A DNA stretch of 64,000 nucleotides from Burkholderiales bacterium (GCA_028379895.1 JAOEKQ010000001.1:9574-73573), one strand, 5' to 3'. Counted from the stretch's first letter, positions 42,203 to 54,499 are shown. The notes: generated by a model from the sequence alone, not told the origin. Made by a program: numbers and translations.

Positions 42203-43644
42203 CTTAACTTAGTTTTAAGGATGTCGTTTACTTGCGTGGGATTTGCTTTGCCTTTGGTTAGCTTCATTACCTGGCCTACAAGTGAATTAAGCGCTTTTTC
42301 TTTACCCGCCTTAAAGTCAGCAACTTGTTGCGAGTTTTCTTTGATAACTTGTGAGACATAAGCTTCAATTTCACCCGTGTCGGACATTTGCTTGAAGCCC
42401 TTTTCCGTAATAATGTCATCCACGGATGAGTTGCCGCTCCAAAGTTCTTCAAAAACCAATCGAGCTAATTTTGTAGACAGCGTGTTATCGAGAATACGCT
42501 TGATCAAGTTTGATAGAGTTTCTGCATTTATAGGGCATTGAGTAAAATCTTTTTGTGCGCGATTAAGCGAGGCTGTCAGCTCACCATTCATCCAGTTTGC
42601 GATTAATTTAGCTGCAGGTTTGATGGTTTTTTGATCGAATTGGTCGAGTGTAGCTTCGAAATATGTGGCTGCCTCAAGGCTGGATACCAGTGATGCCACA
42701 TCGGGACCATTTAGTTCTAATTCACTTTGATATCTTTTGGCTTTTGACTCCGGGAGCTCGGGGAGAGACGCACGTGTTCTAATTAACCATTCATCGTCAA
42801 TGACCAATGGTAATAAGTCTGGGTCTGGAAAATAGCGATAGTCATGGGCGTCTTCTTTCGTTCTCATTAAACGCGTTTCTCCGCTATCAGGATCAAAAAG
42901 TACGGTGGCTTGTACGATTGCTAGTCCATCCTCGATTTGTTCCATTTGCCAACTGGCTTCGTATTCAATAGCTTGTTGAAGAAACTTAAAAGAATTTAAA
43001 TTCTTGATTTCTCTGCGTGTTCCGAGTTTCTCATCTCCTTTCCTACGTACCGAAACGTTCGCATCACATCTGAAGTTCCCTTCTTGCATATTTCCTTCAC
43101 AAATGCCTATCCACCGCACGAGAGCGTGAAGCGTTTTAGCGTATTCTACCGCCTCATTAGAAGATCTCATTTCAGGCTCAGACACAATCTCTAGTAACGG
43201 TGTACCTGCTCGATTGAGGTCAATACCACTCATACCAATAAAGTCTTCATGTAGAGACTTTCCAGCATCTTCCTCCAAGTGCGCGCGAGTTAGATTAACG
43301 GTTCTTTCAGTTTTGTTGACGTGAAATTTTAATTTTCCGCCTTCTACGATAGGTATTTCCATTTGACTGATTTGATAACCCTTCGGTAAGTCGGGATAAA
43401 AGTAGTTTTTTCGAGCAAAAATTGAACGTTGGTTGATAGTCGCTTGTGTCGCGACACCAAAACGTATCGCCTTCCCGACCGCATCTTTATTGAGAACCGG
43501 TAAAACCCCTGGCAGCGCGAGGTCTACTTCGCAAGCATGAGCGTTAGGGGGTGCGCCGACATCTGTAGACGCCCCAGAAAAGATCTTTGATTCGGTTGAC
43601 AGTTGTACGTGGGTTTCAATTCCAATAACAATTTCCCATTCCAT
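42199..43644 (-). CDS. gatB: Asp/Glu-tRNA amidotransferase subunit B
   Basis: [44 protein letters not shown]. Confidence 0.99.
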   Translation of the reverse strand: MEWEIVIGIETHVQLSTESKIFSGASTDVGAPPNAHACEVDLALPGVLPVLNKDAVGKAIRFGVATQATINQRSIFARKNYFYPDLPKGYQISQMEIPIVEGGKLKFHVNKTERTVNLTRAHLEEDAGKSLHEDFIGMSGIDLNRAGTPLLEIVSEPEMRSSNEAVEYAKTLHALVRWIGICEGNMQEGNFRCDANVSVRRKGDEKLGTRREIKNLNSFKFLQQAIEYEASWQMEQIEDGLAIVQATVLFDPDSGETRLMRTKEDAHDYRYFPDPDLLPLVIDDEWLIRTRASLPELPESKAKRYQSELELNGPDVASLVSSLEAATYFEATLDQFDQKTIKPAAKLIANWMNGELTASLNRAQKDFTQCPINAETLSNLIKRILDNTLSTKLARLVFEELWSGNSSVDDIITEKGFKQMSDTGEIEAYVSQVIKENSQQVADFKAGKEKALNSLVGQVMKLTKGKANPTQVNDILKTKLS

Positions 43645-43647
43645 AGT

Positions 43648-45108
43648 TCACACGCCGTATAAAGGAGGTTTTTTGAGATGCCAGTCGGTAACGCATTGGT
43701 ATTGATGCGCAGCCGCTATCATTTGGGCCTCATCGAAATAATTACCGATGAGCTGAAGACCGATTGGTAATTGGTTTTGATCTAGCCCGCAAGGAATTGA
43801 CATAGCAGGCAGTCCTGCTAGGTTGGCAGCGATTGTGAATGTATCAGATAGGTACATTTGCACTGGATCGGATGCCTTCTCGCCTATCTGAAATGCGGTG
43901 CTTGGCGTAGTTGGCGACATGATTACGTCACATGTTTTAAAAGCATGTGCGAAGTCTTGTGAGATGAGACGTCTCACTTTTTGTGCTTTTAGATAGTAAG
44001 CGTCATAGTATCCGTGCGAGAGTACATAAGTTCCGATGAGTATCCTTCTTTTGACTTCTGCCCCAAATCCTTGGGCACGTGTTTTCGCGTACATATCATT
44101 TAAGTCGGAGTATTTGGGGGCTCTATAACCGTAGCGCACACCGTCAAATCGAGATAAATTACTGGAGGCTTCTGCTGGGGCTATTACATAATATGCCGCA
44201 ACTGATAATGGGCTTGTTGGTAATGATATATCCACAAGTGTTGCGCCCATTTTTTCGTACTCTTTTAGTGCTTCTGCGACCCCTTTTTGTACGTCAGGCG
44301 CTGTTTGATCGCTAAAGTATTCTTTAGGAATACCAATCCGCAATCCATTCATTGATCTATTAATACCGCCGGAATAATTCACGGTAGGTTTTTCAAGACT
44401 GGTACTATCTTTGGCGTCAAAACTCACCATAGCCTCTAGGAGAATAGCAAGATCTTCTGCAGATTTTGCCATAGGCCCGCCTTGATCAAGGCTGGAGGCA
44501 AAAGCGATCATCCCATAGCGAGATACTAATCCATAAGTGGGTTTTAGGCCTGATATGCCGCATAGTGCGGCAGGCTGTCGAATTGAGCCGCCGGTATCGG
44601 TTCCTGTAGAGGCCGGCGCCATACCAGCTGATACGGCCGCAGCCGAACCCCCTGAGCTTCCTCCTGGGACTCGATTAAGATCCCATGGGTTTTTAACATT
44701 ACCAAACCAGGACGTTTCGTTCGATGAGCCCATCGCAAATTCATCCATGTTTGTTTTGCCTAGCGTGACCGCGCCATATTCATTAAACCGCTTTATAATA
44801 TGCGCATCATAAGGAGACCGAAAATTCTCTAGCATTCTAGACCCACAAGTGGTGATCCAATTCTTAGCACACCATATATCTTTGTGTGCAATAGGTATCC
44901 CCGTTAGCGCTGTAGCGTTATCCGTTGAGAGAATTTTGTCGGCTTTTTTAGCTTGAGCGAGCGTCTGCTCCTCGTCAAAGGTAATGAAAGCATTAACCTC
45001 ATTATTGAGAGTCTTGCTGCGATCAAGAAACGCCCTCGTCAGCTCAACGCTTGAGAATTCTTTACGCTGAAGTGCGTCGCCTAGTTCTTTTACAGTTTTA
45101 TCCAGCAT
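43648..45108 (-). CDS. gatA: Asp/Glu-tRNA amidotransferase subunit A
   Basis: Amidase signature [32 protein letters not shown]. Confidence 0.99.
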   Translation of the reverse strand: MLDKTVKELGDALQRKEFSSVELTRAFLDRSKTLNNEVNAFITFDEEQTLAQAKKADKILSTDNATALTGIPIAHKDIWCAKNWITTCGSRMLENFRSPYDAHIIKRFNEYGAVTLGKTNMDEFAMGSSNETSWFGNVKNPWDLNRVPGGSSGGSAAAVSAGMAPASTGTDTGGSIRQPAALCGISGLKPTYGLVSRYGMIAFASSLDQGGPMAKSAEDLAILLEAMVSFDAKDSTSLEKPTVNYSGGINRSMNGLRIGIPKEYFSDQTAPDVQKGVAEALKEYEKMGATLVDISLPTSPLSVAAYYVIAPAEASSNLSRFDGVRYGYRAPKYSDLNDMYAKTRAQGFGAEVKRRILIGTYVLSHGYYDAYYLKAQKVRRLISQDFAHAFKTCDVIMSPTTPSTAFQIGEKASDPVQMYLSDTFTIAANLAGLPAMSIPCGLDQNQLPIGLQLIGNYFDEAQMIAAAHQYQCVTDWHLKKPPLYGV

Positions 45109-45398
45109 TATTGATCGATAACTTTTGGAACGAGGAATAGGCCGTTTTCAATGGCCGGCGCCGACGCCTGAAGTAATTCTCTCTGGTCAACCTCAGTAAC
45201 GACATCGTCACGCAGTCGAGTGGAGATGTCTTGTGCATGGGCCATGGGTTCGACATTCTCGGTATTCAGCTGCTGCATCTCTTCAATGAGGGTAAATACT
45301 TTTTTAAGTGGATCCAACGCGTCCTCAGCCTCTTGATCTGTAATTTCGATTCGTGCGAGGTCCGCTGCCTTTTTGACGTCTTGTTTAGTTAGTGACAT
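45108..45398 (-). CDS. gatC: Asp/Glu-tRNA amidotransferase subunit C
   Basis: LARI, LRDDVV, FLVPKVI; upstream of gatA. Confidence 0.96.
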   Translation of the reverse strand: MSLTKQDVKKAADLARIEITDQEAEDALDPLKKVFTLIEEMQQLNTENVEPMAHAQDISTRLRDDVVTEVDQRELLQASAPAIENGLFLVPKVIDQ

Positions 45399-45582
45399 AT
45401 TTGGGTATTATCTGATTTAAACCAATCGATTTCCACGAGCATGTAAGCCTTGCTTCACCGGACTAAGTGGAATATTTGCTTTCAAATCGAGTGGCGTGAT
45501 GATTTGAAAGTTTTTCGCCTTAAATAAAGCATTAGGTTATCATACATCATCGATTTACTACTCTATCCCTGCCTACTCGTAG

Positions 45583-46638
<1,056 letters not shown>

Positions 46639-46703
46639 GGTTCTTAATATGCCTGGAGCCTTCGTCTCTCGGCTTAGCTAAATAGATCAATTTCTTCTAG
46701 GAC

Positions 46704-47570
46704 ATGCCATTAGCGTCCAATACAAGCAAGGGTAATAGAGTTCATTTTTATATCAAGCTGTTGGTATATTCAACCATTGCTCTTTGTCTTATTTTTTTTG
46801 ATTTAAAGCATCACACCTTCACTCCTTTTAGAGAAAAAATTACGGGCTTTGAAGTCGTTGTTAATGATTCAATTCGACCGTTGAAAGTTTGGTTAGAAGA
46901 TTTCAGCTTTTATCTTTCCTCGAAGGTGGAGTTAGCTCGAGAAAATAAAAAGCTTAAAACAGCTCAAACAATTAGCGAGGTAAAATTGCATCAGCTCGTC
47001 TCGCTCAAGCGACAGCTTGAGAAACTACATTCCCTACTTCAGCTACAAGAGCATAGTCCCAATGGGATGCACGCAGTAACAGTGATTGCTGATTCTGACT
47101 CCCTTTACGATCGCTGGCTAAGAGTTCAATTCAAACAAGGGGCGCCGATAAAGCCAGGCAACTATGTTATCAGCACGGAGGGGCTCGTTGGGCAGGTAAT
47201 CAGTGTTGAGAATGATCAAGGCTTTGTAAGATTGGTTTCTGACAAACGCGCAAGCGTTCATGTCCAGGTGCTTAGAACGGATTTTCGGGCTGTCGCTTTT
47301 GGGCGAGGGCATTATAATTCGCTAGAGCTTAAGTTTGTTCCGGAAGAGGTGGACATTAAGGTTGATGATGTTTTAATCACTTCTGGCATGGGCGGTAGAT
47401 ATCCTCATGGTATTCCAGTTGGCAAAGTTATGTCAGTAGATACGGAGTCGACTTCTACTTTTTCTCGGATATTAGTTAAGTCTTTATCGAACCCTCAATC
47501 AAACGATAGTTTCATCGCGCTAACAGGTCCGACTGGCGATGATTTGTTTTTTCTAGATAAATTCAAGTAA
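46704..47570 (+). CDS. mreC: Rod shape-determining protein MreC
   Basis: N-terminal TM and coiled coil, GLVGQV, LITSGMGGRYPHGIPVG; follows mreB. Confidence 0.9.
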   Translation: MPLASNTSKGNRVHFYIKLLVYSTIALCLIFFDLKHHTFTPFREKITGFEVVVNDSIRPLKVWLEDFSFYLSSKVELARENKKLKTAQTISEVKLHQLVSLKRQLEKLHSLLQLQEHSPNGMHAVTVIADSDSLYDRWLRVQFKQGAPIKPGNYVISTEGLVGQVISVENDQGFVRLVSDKRASVHVQVLRTDFRAVAFGRGHYNSLELKFVPEEVDIKVDDVLITSGMGGRYPHGIPVGKVMSVDTESTSTFSRILVKSLSNPQSNDSFIALTGPTGDDLFFLDKFK

Positions 47571-47592
47571 TCGTTAACGAAGGTTCACCTAT

Positions 47593-48084
47593 ATGTCGGC
47601 GTTCATACAACGAGTATCAAAGATAAAAATAATCATTTCAATTGTTATTGGTATGATGATTTCTTCTTTTGGACTACCAGGATTGTCTAACTCGATCGCC
47701 CCGGATCTTTTAGCGCTGATTATTTTGTATTGGGCTATGTTGGGTGGTGATAGTAGGTTGAGTCTCAGCACCGTCTTTATATTGGGTTTGATCGTTGATT
47801 TCTTAAGTGGCTCAATAGTTGGAGCGCATGTCTTAAAATACTTGCTCTTGGTCGCAGTGGCTGTGCAGTTTGGTAACCGATTTCGGATGAGCGCTCGTTT
47901 AAATAGAACTGGGTTCGTCGTCGCGACAGTTGTGATCCTTGAATTAATACTGCAGATTTTAGTTTCTTTGTATATAGATATTTCAATGAATGTTAATCAT
48001 TTGGTTGTGGTGGCGGTTTGGGGAATAACGTGGGCTGCGGTTGAATTTATACTTCAGAAAAATTATTCACGCGTCAATAAATAG
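47593..48084 (+). CDS. mreD: Rod shape-determining protein MreD
   Basis: Hydrophobic; PDLLALIILYW, LGLIVD, GAH; between mreC and mrdA. Confidence 0.88.
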   Translation: MSAFIQRVSKIKIIISIVIGMMISSFGLPGLSNSIAPDLLALIILYWAMLGGDSRLSLSTVFILGLIVDFLSGSIVGAHVLKYLLLVAVAVQFGNRFRMSARLNRTGFVVATVVILELILQILVSLYIDISMNVNHLVVVAVWGITWAAVEFILQKNYSRVNK

Positions 48085-48136
48085 TTGATCGATTGTTGCT
48101 TGCCAGACGGAATAACAAAAGAGTTTTAATTTAGGA

Positions 48137-49981
48137 ATGCTGCGATATAGAAAATCTTTATCAGAACTAGGTGGCTTCAATTTTCGAATACGCGGAGCAA
48201 TCATCGCTATGCTTATTTTGTCTGCATTGTTGCTTGGGAGATTGTTTTTTTTACAAATAATTAATGCAGACTATTATCAACTTCGTGCTGAAAATAATCG
48301 TATTAATATATCGCCGATTCTGCCGAATCGAGGGCTTATTTATGATAGAAATGGCCACGTACTAGCAAAGAATTATTCTTCTTTCGTTTTGGAACTTTGG
48401 GCTAATGGCGTTGAGGACCTTGACCAGGTTCTTGATGACTTGAATGATTTAGTAGCGATTTCAGTTGAGGAGCGAGCGCTAATTGAGAAGGCGCTGAAAA
48501 GAGCCGGCAGATTCTCTAATATCGTCATTCGGGATGATTTAAGCGAGGATGAGATCGCACGCTTTACCGAAAATTCATATCGATTTCCAGAAATTAAACT
48601 GAGTGCTCAGCTTTACAGAGAATATGTCTACGGTGATTTAACGTCACATTTGTTGGGTTACGTCAGGCGTATTAGTGAGGCTGATCTTGACCGTCTTGAG
48701 CAGAGAGGATTGAGAGCTGCGTATATTAATTCTGATTGGATTGGAAAACGAGGCATCGAAGCTTTTTATGAATCTAAACTCAGGGGGCGATTAGGACTTA
48801 ATCATGTCGAAGTCGATTCTAAGGGTACAGAGCTTAGAGTCCTCGAGCAGCAACAGCCAGTTGGTGGGGAGGATATCTTCCTGACTATTGATATCACGTT
48901 ACAAAAAGCGGCATTCGATGCGTTAGGTAATCAAAATGGCGCATTAGTTGCTTTGGATCCAAATAATGGGAGCGTTTTAGCGTTTGTATCTAAACCCGGA
49001 TACGATCCCAGTCTCTTTGTTCGTGGTTTTGATCAAAAGACTTGGCGCGAGATTCGAGACTCTGCCGATAGGCCTTTAGTTAACCGTGTAAGTGATGGAG
49101 TCTATCCACCGGGTTCAACGCTCAAACCGTTTATTGCTATTGCCGGCTTGGAGGAGCAGGTTAGGACACCTGATTGGTCAATGTGGGATCCGGGATTCTT
49201 CTCTTTGCCGGAGAGTAAATATAAGTTTAGGGATTGGAAAAAAGGGGGGCATGGAGAGGTAAACCTTCATAAGGCTATTGTTGAGTCGGTGGATACTTAT
49301 TTCTATAAGCTCGCTCATGAGCTGGAGATTGACAAAATTCACAGATATTTAGTTCAGTTTGGGTTTGGATCAAAAACGGGAATTGATTTACCTAGTGAGG
49401 CAAGCGGTATTGCGCCTTCGAAAGAATGGAAAAAACGACGATTTGGACAACCTTGGTATCCCGGAGATACCATATCTGTAGGTATTGGTCAGGGCTATAA
49501 TTTAGTTACACCTATACAGCTGGCCGTTGCTACAGCAGCCTTAGCTAACGGTCACAAATTAGTGCGGCCGGTTTTGTCTAGATCCGGGACTTACTCACCT
49601 TCCAACATAACATCAGGACATTCGTCCCAAATTCCCCATAAGCCCCTAATGTTGTCTCCACAACACATTCAAGTGATAAAGAAAGCGATGGAGGATGTGA
49701 TGAAAACGGGTGGGACTGCCGCAGGAGCTGCAAGAGGCGCAGATTATTCGATGGCAGGTAAAACCGGTACGGCACAAGTGTTCAGTCTCAGGGGGGCAGA
49801 GTACGACAAGGAGCTTCTTGAAAAGAAGTTACTAGATCACGCACTTTTCATCGGTTACGCTCCTGCAGACCGGCCAACAATTGCGCTTGCTGTGGTGGTT
49901 GAGAATGGCGGTGGAGGGGGTAGTGTGGCGGGACCAATTGCACGAAAAGTTTTCGATGCATATTTCGATATGCAGCCATGA
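48137..49981 (+). CDS. mrdA: Penicillin-binding protein 2
   Basis: RGLIYDRNG, PGSTLK (SxxK), SVDTYFY, GIGQG, KTGTAQ. Confidence 0.97.
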   Translation: MLRYRKSLSELGGFNFRIRGAIIAMLILSALLLGRLFFLQIINADYYQLRAENNRINISPILPNRGLIYDRNGHVLAKNYSSFVLELWANGVEDLDQVLDDLNDLVAISVEERALIEKALKRAGRFSNIVIRDDLSEDEIARFTENSYRFPEIKLSAQLYREYVYGDLTSHLLGYVRRISEADLDRLEQRGLRAAYINSDWIGKRGIEAFYESKLRGRLGLNHVEVDSKGTELRVLEQQQPVGGEDIFLTIDITLQKAAFDALGNQNGALVALDPNNGSVLAFVSKPGYDPSLFVRGFDQKTWREIRDSADRPLVNRVSDGVYPPGSTLKPFIAIAGLEEQVRTPDWSMWDPGFFSLPESKYKFRDWKKGGHGEVNLHKAIVESVDTYFYKLAHELEIDKIHRYLVQFGFGSKTGIDLPSEASGIAPSKEWKKRRFGQPWYPGDTISVGIGQGYNLVTPIQLAVATAALANGHKLVRPVLSRSGTYSPSNITSGHSSQIPHKPLMLSPQHIQVIKKAMEDVMKTGGTAAGAARGADYSMAGKTGTAQVFSLRGAEYDKELLEKKLLDHALFIGYAPADRPTIALAVVVENGGGGGSVAGPIARKVFDAYFDMQP

Positions 49982-50064
49982 GTTTTTTTTATTTCTCCTT
50001 TTAAAGGGGCGAGGTTATTTTTTTACGCATTAAAAATGAGTTCTCGAAAACACTCGATTGGCCT

Positions 50065-51111
50065 TTGTTGTGCGTGGTATTCATATTATTTACGGTAAGT
50101 CTTTGCGCCCTTTTTAGTTCTTCTCAGGGAGATATGAGTAAAGTACTGACCCAGGCTAAAAATTTTGGCTTGGCGTTAGTTTTGATGTGGGTGGTTGCGA
50201 GAGCGCCATTAGGTTATCTTAGTCGTTTAGCGATGCCCTTATATCTGTTGGCTATTTTTTTGCTGGTACTCACGGCGTTAATTGGTGATGAGGCCAAGGG
50301 CGCGCAAAGGTGGCTTGATCTGCAAGTCATTCGTATCCAACCATCCGAATTAATGAAAATCGCATTACCTTTGATGCTCGCCTGGTATTTTGATCGGTAT
50401 GAACGAGTCATTAGCCCTAAGTATTACCTTATTGCTACTTTGCTGCTCTTAGCTCCCGTCATACTCATTTTAAAACAACCGGATTTAGGAACGTCAATAC
50501 TAGTCTTTACTTCTGGTTTTTTTGTTCTTTTTTTTGCGGGTATGTCGATAAGAGTTCTTGGATTTATTGCGACACTTTCGATTTTGGTGATGCCGTTCGC
50601 ATGGGGCATGTTGGAACCATATCAGCAAACCAGAGTTTTAACATTGTTGAACCCTGCCTCTGATCCTCTGGGAGCGGGATACCATACGATCCAGTCAACC
50701 ATCGCAATTGGTTCTGGTGGATTCTTGGGCAAGGGATGGATGCAGGGTACTCAAGCACAATTAAACTTTTTACCTGAAGGAACTACGGATTTTGTTTTTG
50801 CGGTCCTTGGTGAGGAATTTGGGTTTATAGGCGTATTAGTTATTTTTCTAGCTTACCTTGCTCTGTTATGGCGAGGATTACAAATAGCCAGGCTTGCTCC
50901 TAGCCTTTTTAGCCGTTTAGCTGCGGTGTCAATTACTCTGACATTTTTTATTTATGCTTTTGTGAACGTCGGTATGGTAGTCGGATTACTACCTATTGTG
51001 GGGGTGCCGTTACCCCTAATTTCCTTCGGGGGATCCTCTGCCGCAACAGTATTGATAGGGATTGGTATCCTGATGAATTTCCGTTCGAATCGTCGCCTTG
51101 TACAAACGTAA
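50065..51111 (+). CDS. rodA: SEDS peptidoglycan polymerase RodA (start uncertain)
   Basis: GAQRWL, QPSE, QPDLGT, FLPEGTTDF, GVPLPLISFGGS. Confidence 0.95.
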   Translation: MLCVVFILFTVSLCALFSSSQGDMSKVLTQAKNFGLALVLMWVVARAPLGYLSRLAMPLYLLAIFLLVLTALIGDEAKGAQRWLDLQVIRIQPSELMKIALPLMLAWYFDRYERVISPKYYLIATLLLLAPVILILKQPDLGTSILVFTSGFFVLFFAGMSIRVLGFIATLSILVMPFAWGMLEPYQQTRVLTLLNPASDPLGAGYHTIQSTIAIGSGGFLGKGWMQGTQAQLNFLPEGTTDFVFAVLGEEFGFIGVLVIFLAYLALLWRGLQIARLAPSLFSRLAAVSITLTFFIYAFVNVGMVVGLLPIVGVPLPLISFGGSSAATVLIGIGILMNFRSNRRLVQT

Positions 51112-51181
51112 AGCCATCTTCTTTTCTTACCGCGTACAATAACTCCATCCGATTTTTACGTAATTTGAACAAGGGTTTCTA

Positions 51182-52120
51182 ATGAATACTTTGATATGCG
51201 GCTCGATCGCTTATGATTCCATTATGCTTTTTGAGGATCGCTTTAAAAACCACATTATTGCTGATCAGATTCATAATTTAAATGTCGCTTTTCTAGTTCC
51301 ACATATGCGACGAGAGTATGGCGGATGTGCAGGCAATATCGCATACAGTTTGCGCTTGCTTGGTGGCAAACCATTGGTAATGGCAACCGTTGGTCAAGAC
51401 CATGCTCCGTATACCGATCGAATGCGACAGAAAGGCTTATCAACAGAACACGTTTGCGTTATTCCAGATGCGTTTACTGCGCAGGCCTTCATTACCACTG
51501 ATCTAGATGATAATCAGATTACAGCTTTTCACCCAGGAGCGATGAGTTCGTCTCATCAAAATCATATCGTAGATGCTAAAGATGTAAGCCTGGGGATCGT
51601 GGCTCCGGATGGCCGTGATGGCATGATTCAGCATGCGAAAGAGTTCCACGAGGCTGGGATTCCTTTTGTTTTTGATCCTGGGCAGGGCCTGCCGATGTTT
51701 GATCGGGAAGAATTATTAAGTTTTATTAAATTGGCACAATATGCAGCTATGAATGCCTACGAGGCAAAAATGTTAGAAGAAAAAACTGGGCAGACGATCT
51801 CTGAAATTTCTGGACAGTTGAGTGCATTGATTGTGACGCGTGGTGGTGAGGGATCTACGATTTATACGGATGAAAAAATATTAGAGATTCCTACGGTGAC
51901 AGCAAAAGAAGTTGTTGATCCAACTGGCTGCGGTGATTCGTATCGGTCGGGACTACTCTACGGAATTCAAGCAGGCTTGGATTGGGAAACTACTGGACGT
52001 CTTGCTTCTTTATTGGGTGCTATCAAGATTGCGAGTCAGGGCCCACAAAACCATCAATTTGACAGAGCTTATGTTGAAGGCGCTTTCAAAGAGAGCTTCG
52101 ATAGAGCACTCGAATGGTAA
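51182..52120 (+). CDS. PfkB-family kinase, adenosine kinase-like
   Basis: GSIAYD, GGCAGNIAY, FDPGQ, DPTGCGD. Confidence 0.88.
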   Translation: MNTLICGSIAYDSIMLFEDRFKNHIIADQIHNLNVAFLVPHMRREYGGCAGNIAYSLRLLGGKPLVMATVGQDHAPYTDRMRQKGLSTEHVCVIPDAFTAQAFITTDLDDNQITAFHPGAMSSSHQNHIVDAKDVSLGIVAPDGRDGMIQHAKEFHEAGIPFVFDPGQGLPMFDREELLSFIKLAQYAAMNAYEAKMLEEKTGQTISEISGQLSALIVTRGGEGSTIYTDEKILEIPTVTAKEVVDPTGCGDSYRSGLLYGIQAGLDWETTGRLASLLGAIKIASQGPQNHQFDRAYVEGAFKESFDRALEW

Positions 52121-52121
52121 C

Positions 52122-52931
52122 TTATGTTTCTTGATTTGATACCTGGGTAATTTCCTGAGTATCCAAGCAGTACGCTGTCAGTGGCCCGCCCCATACACAA
52201 CCTGAGTCTAAGGATACTATGTTGGCTTTTATATGTACCCCGAGTGCGGACCAATGACCGCAAATAAGCGTTACTTCTGAGGACCTTTTCGAGGGAAATT
52301 CGAACCATGCTTTACAGGAGTCAGGTATCGTCTCATAGGGCCCCTTGTAAGAAAAATTCATACCTCCTGTTCTTTTATCGCATACTCGCATGCGCGTAAA
52401 TGCATTTAAGAGCACGCGGTAGCGCTTCCAGCCCGTAAATGTTTCCAACCAATGCTCAGGCTTGCCGCCTCTCATATTTGCCAATAGCTCGTCATAGCTA
52501 TCACTTTGTAATAGTGTCTCGAGTTCTGATGAAAGTGCTGTTGCTGTTTTGAAACTCCACATCGGAAGTAATCCTGCGTGCACCATGGCATGCTTGCCAT
52601 TTTTGAAAAAAACCGGCTGGTGACGAAGCCACTGAAGTAAGTCATTCCGGTCTGGTGCATTGAGAATGTCGTGGATAGTATCGTCGGCCCTTAATGTCCC
52701 AGCACCGCTCGCTACGGCAAGCAAATGTAGGTCGTGATTGCCAAGCACAATCCTGACGGACTCCTTGATACTGTATACGTGCCTTAGCACCTTTAGGGAG
52801 CCTGGACCTCGATTGACTAGATCCCCGGCAAGCCAAAGCTTATCTTTTTTAGGATTAAATTTGAGCGTCCCGAGTAGCGCTAGAAATGTTTTTACGCAAC
52901 CTTGGATGTCACCAATTGCGTAGGTCGCCAT
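52122..52931 (-). CDS. apaH: Symmetrical bis(5'-nucleosyl)-tetraphosphatase ApaH
   Basis: IGDIQGC, GDLVNRGP, LGNHDLH, VHAG, GHWSALG, LDSGCVWGG. Confidence 0.96.
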   Translation of the reverse strand: MATYAIGDIQGCVKTFLALLGTLKFNPKKDKLWLAGDLVNRGPGSLKVLRHVYSIKESVRIVLGNHDLHLLAVASGAGTLRADDTIHDILNAPDRNDLLQWLRHQPVFFKNGKHAMVHAGLLPMWSFKTATALSSELETLLQSDSYDELLANMRGGKPEHWLETFTGWKRYRVLLNAFTRMRVCDKRTGGMNFSYKGPYETIPDSCKAWFEFPSKRSSEVTLICGHWSALGVHIKANIVSLDSGCVWGGPLTAYCLDTQEITQVSNQET

Positions 52932-52961
52932 TAAAAATTAATAATAAATACTGCGTTGTTA

Positions 52962-53429
52962 TTATTGAAGCGTTGACAACATGAAATCAACCGCCGCCTC
53001 AATATCCTCATTAGATGCCCCCGTTGCACCGCCTCTAGCGGGCATCAGGTTTTTTCCTTTGATGACGCTTTGATACAACACATCATTTCCAAGTCCTACG
53101 CGGGCAGCCCAAACTGATTGGTCTCCTGTTTTCGGCGCACCTGCGATACCCGCAGCATGACATGCCTGACAAACCTTGTTGTAAAGGGACTCCCCTGCGT
53201 CTTCAACGATGATTATGCTATTCGTTGTTGCGCTACTTGCCATTTGAATTGGTGGGCCAGCATTGAGTACTTGCATTCTCTTCGCGACGGCGCTGTCGCT
53301 CATCGCTGAATTGTTTGGATCGGCGTTGATACCGCCTGTGATAAATTGGACCACAAGTAATATGATGGCGAGTGGCACAGTAAAGGAGAGTAATACAACG
53401 ATAACGAGTTGTTTTGGGGTGCTAATCAA
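52962..53429 (-). CDS. Membrane-anchored monoheme cytochrome c5
   Basis: N-terminal TM, CQACH, GAPKTGD, MPARGG; TTG start with SD AGGAG. Confidence 0.9.
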   Translation of the reverse strand: MISTPKQLVIVVLLSFTVPLAIILLVVQFITGGINADPNNSAMSDSAVAKRMQVLNAGPPIQMASSATTNSIIIVEDAGESLYNKVCQACHAAGIAGAPKTGDQSVWAARVGLGNDVLYQSVIKGKNLMPARGGATGASNEDIEAAVDFMLSTLQ

Positions 53430-53628
53430 GGGGGTGCTCCTATAATCGAGAATGTTAAAGCTGATTGCGGGTAAGCCAATTAGAAAAAGACAATTACATT
53501 TTTTTATGACTTAGATTATAAGCCAAATTTCGGTAGTGATTTTTATAGATTTATGTATTTTTATAAATCTAATGTCAACTACGACCACGTAAAAACACTG
53601 AAAGTTTCACATTTGACGGAGGCATGAC

Positions 53629-54027
53629 ATGGAAGGGGCATCTTTGCTCGGGTTGTTCGTGGCCAGTTTTTTATCGGCTACTGTGTTGCCGGGAAGTTCT
53701 GAAGTGGTTTTCATAACGATGTTGCTTCATGAGGTGTCCTCTAAATGGACGGCTCTGTGGGTTGCAACAATCGGTAACACGCTGGGCGGTATCACAACAT
53801 TTTTTTTTGGTCGACTTTTACCAATTTATCGATTGCCGAGCAAGCGAATATTGGCGAGCGTCAGGCGCTGGGGCGGCGTTTCACTTTTGTTTTCGTGGGT
53901 TCCGTTGTTAGGGGATGCTGTTTGTTTAGCTGCGGGTTTGCTCAGGACTCACTTATTATTGTCAATTGGTTGTATCGCTTTAGGAAAATTTGTCAGATAC
54001 TGGATATTAATGGTAGGCCTCACTTAA
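53629..54027 (+). CDS. YqaA/DedA (VTT domain) membrane protein
   Basis: SFLSATVLPGSSE, GNTLG, SWVPLLGD, GKFVRY. Confidence 0.88.
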   Translation: MEGASLLGLFVASFLSATVLPGSSEVVFITMLLHEVSSKWTALWVATIGNTLGGITTFFFGRLLPIYRLPSKRILASVRRWGGVSLLFSWVPLLGDAVCLAAGLLRTHLLLSIGCIALGKFVRYWILMVGLT

Positions 54028-54061
54028 TATGACCTAATAGCCAACATTAGGATATTTTTTG

Positions 54062-54499
54062 ATGAAGTTTGAAGCTCCCTCAGATTGTTTACTTTGTACT
54101 CCAAGTGGTGAACAAGTGCTCTGGACAAATGATTTCGTTAGGGTGATTTCAATTTGTGATGAAGCATACCCAGTTTTTTGTCGAGTAATCACCAATCAGC
54201 ACTACGTTGAGTTTTCAGATTTAATTCGTAGTCGCCGAGAGCTCGTCATGTATGTTGTTTATGCAGTCGAAAAAGAAATGCGGACTTTGCTTAGCCCTAC
54301 CAAAGTAAATATCGCATCTTTTGGTAACCTTGTTCCGCATCTTCATTGGCACGTGATTCCTCGTTTTCGAGGAGATCCACATTATCCAAATCCAATCTGG
54401 GGGGCCTTTACCGGTGGACATCCAGTTAATCCGCCAGAAGGATTTTGGGATAAATTCGTGACGTCTTTGAGTGAGTCTTTAGATCCTATCGCCACTTAG
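54062..54499 (+). CDS. HIT family protein
   Basis: CLLC, NIASFGNLVPHLHWHVIPR histidine triad. Confidence 0.92.
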   Translation: MKFEAPSDCLLCTPSGEQVLWTNDFVRVISICDEAYPVFCRVITNQHYVEFSDLIRSRRELVMYVVYAVEKEMRTLLSPTKVNIASFGNLVPHLHWHVIPRFRGDPHYPNPIWGAFTGGHPVNPPEGFWDKFVTSLSESLDPIAT

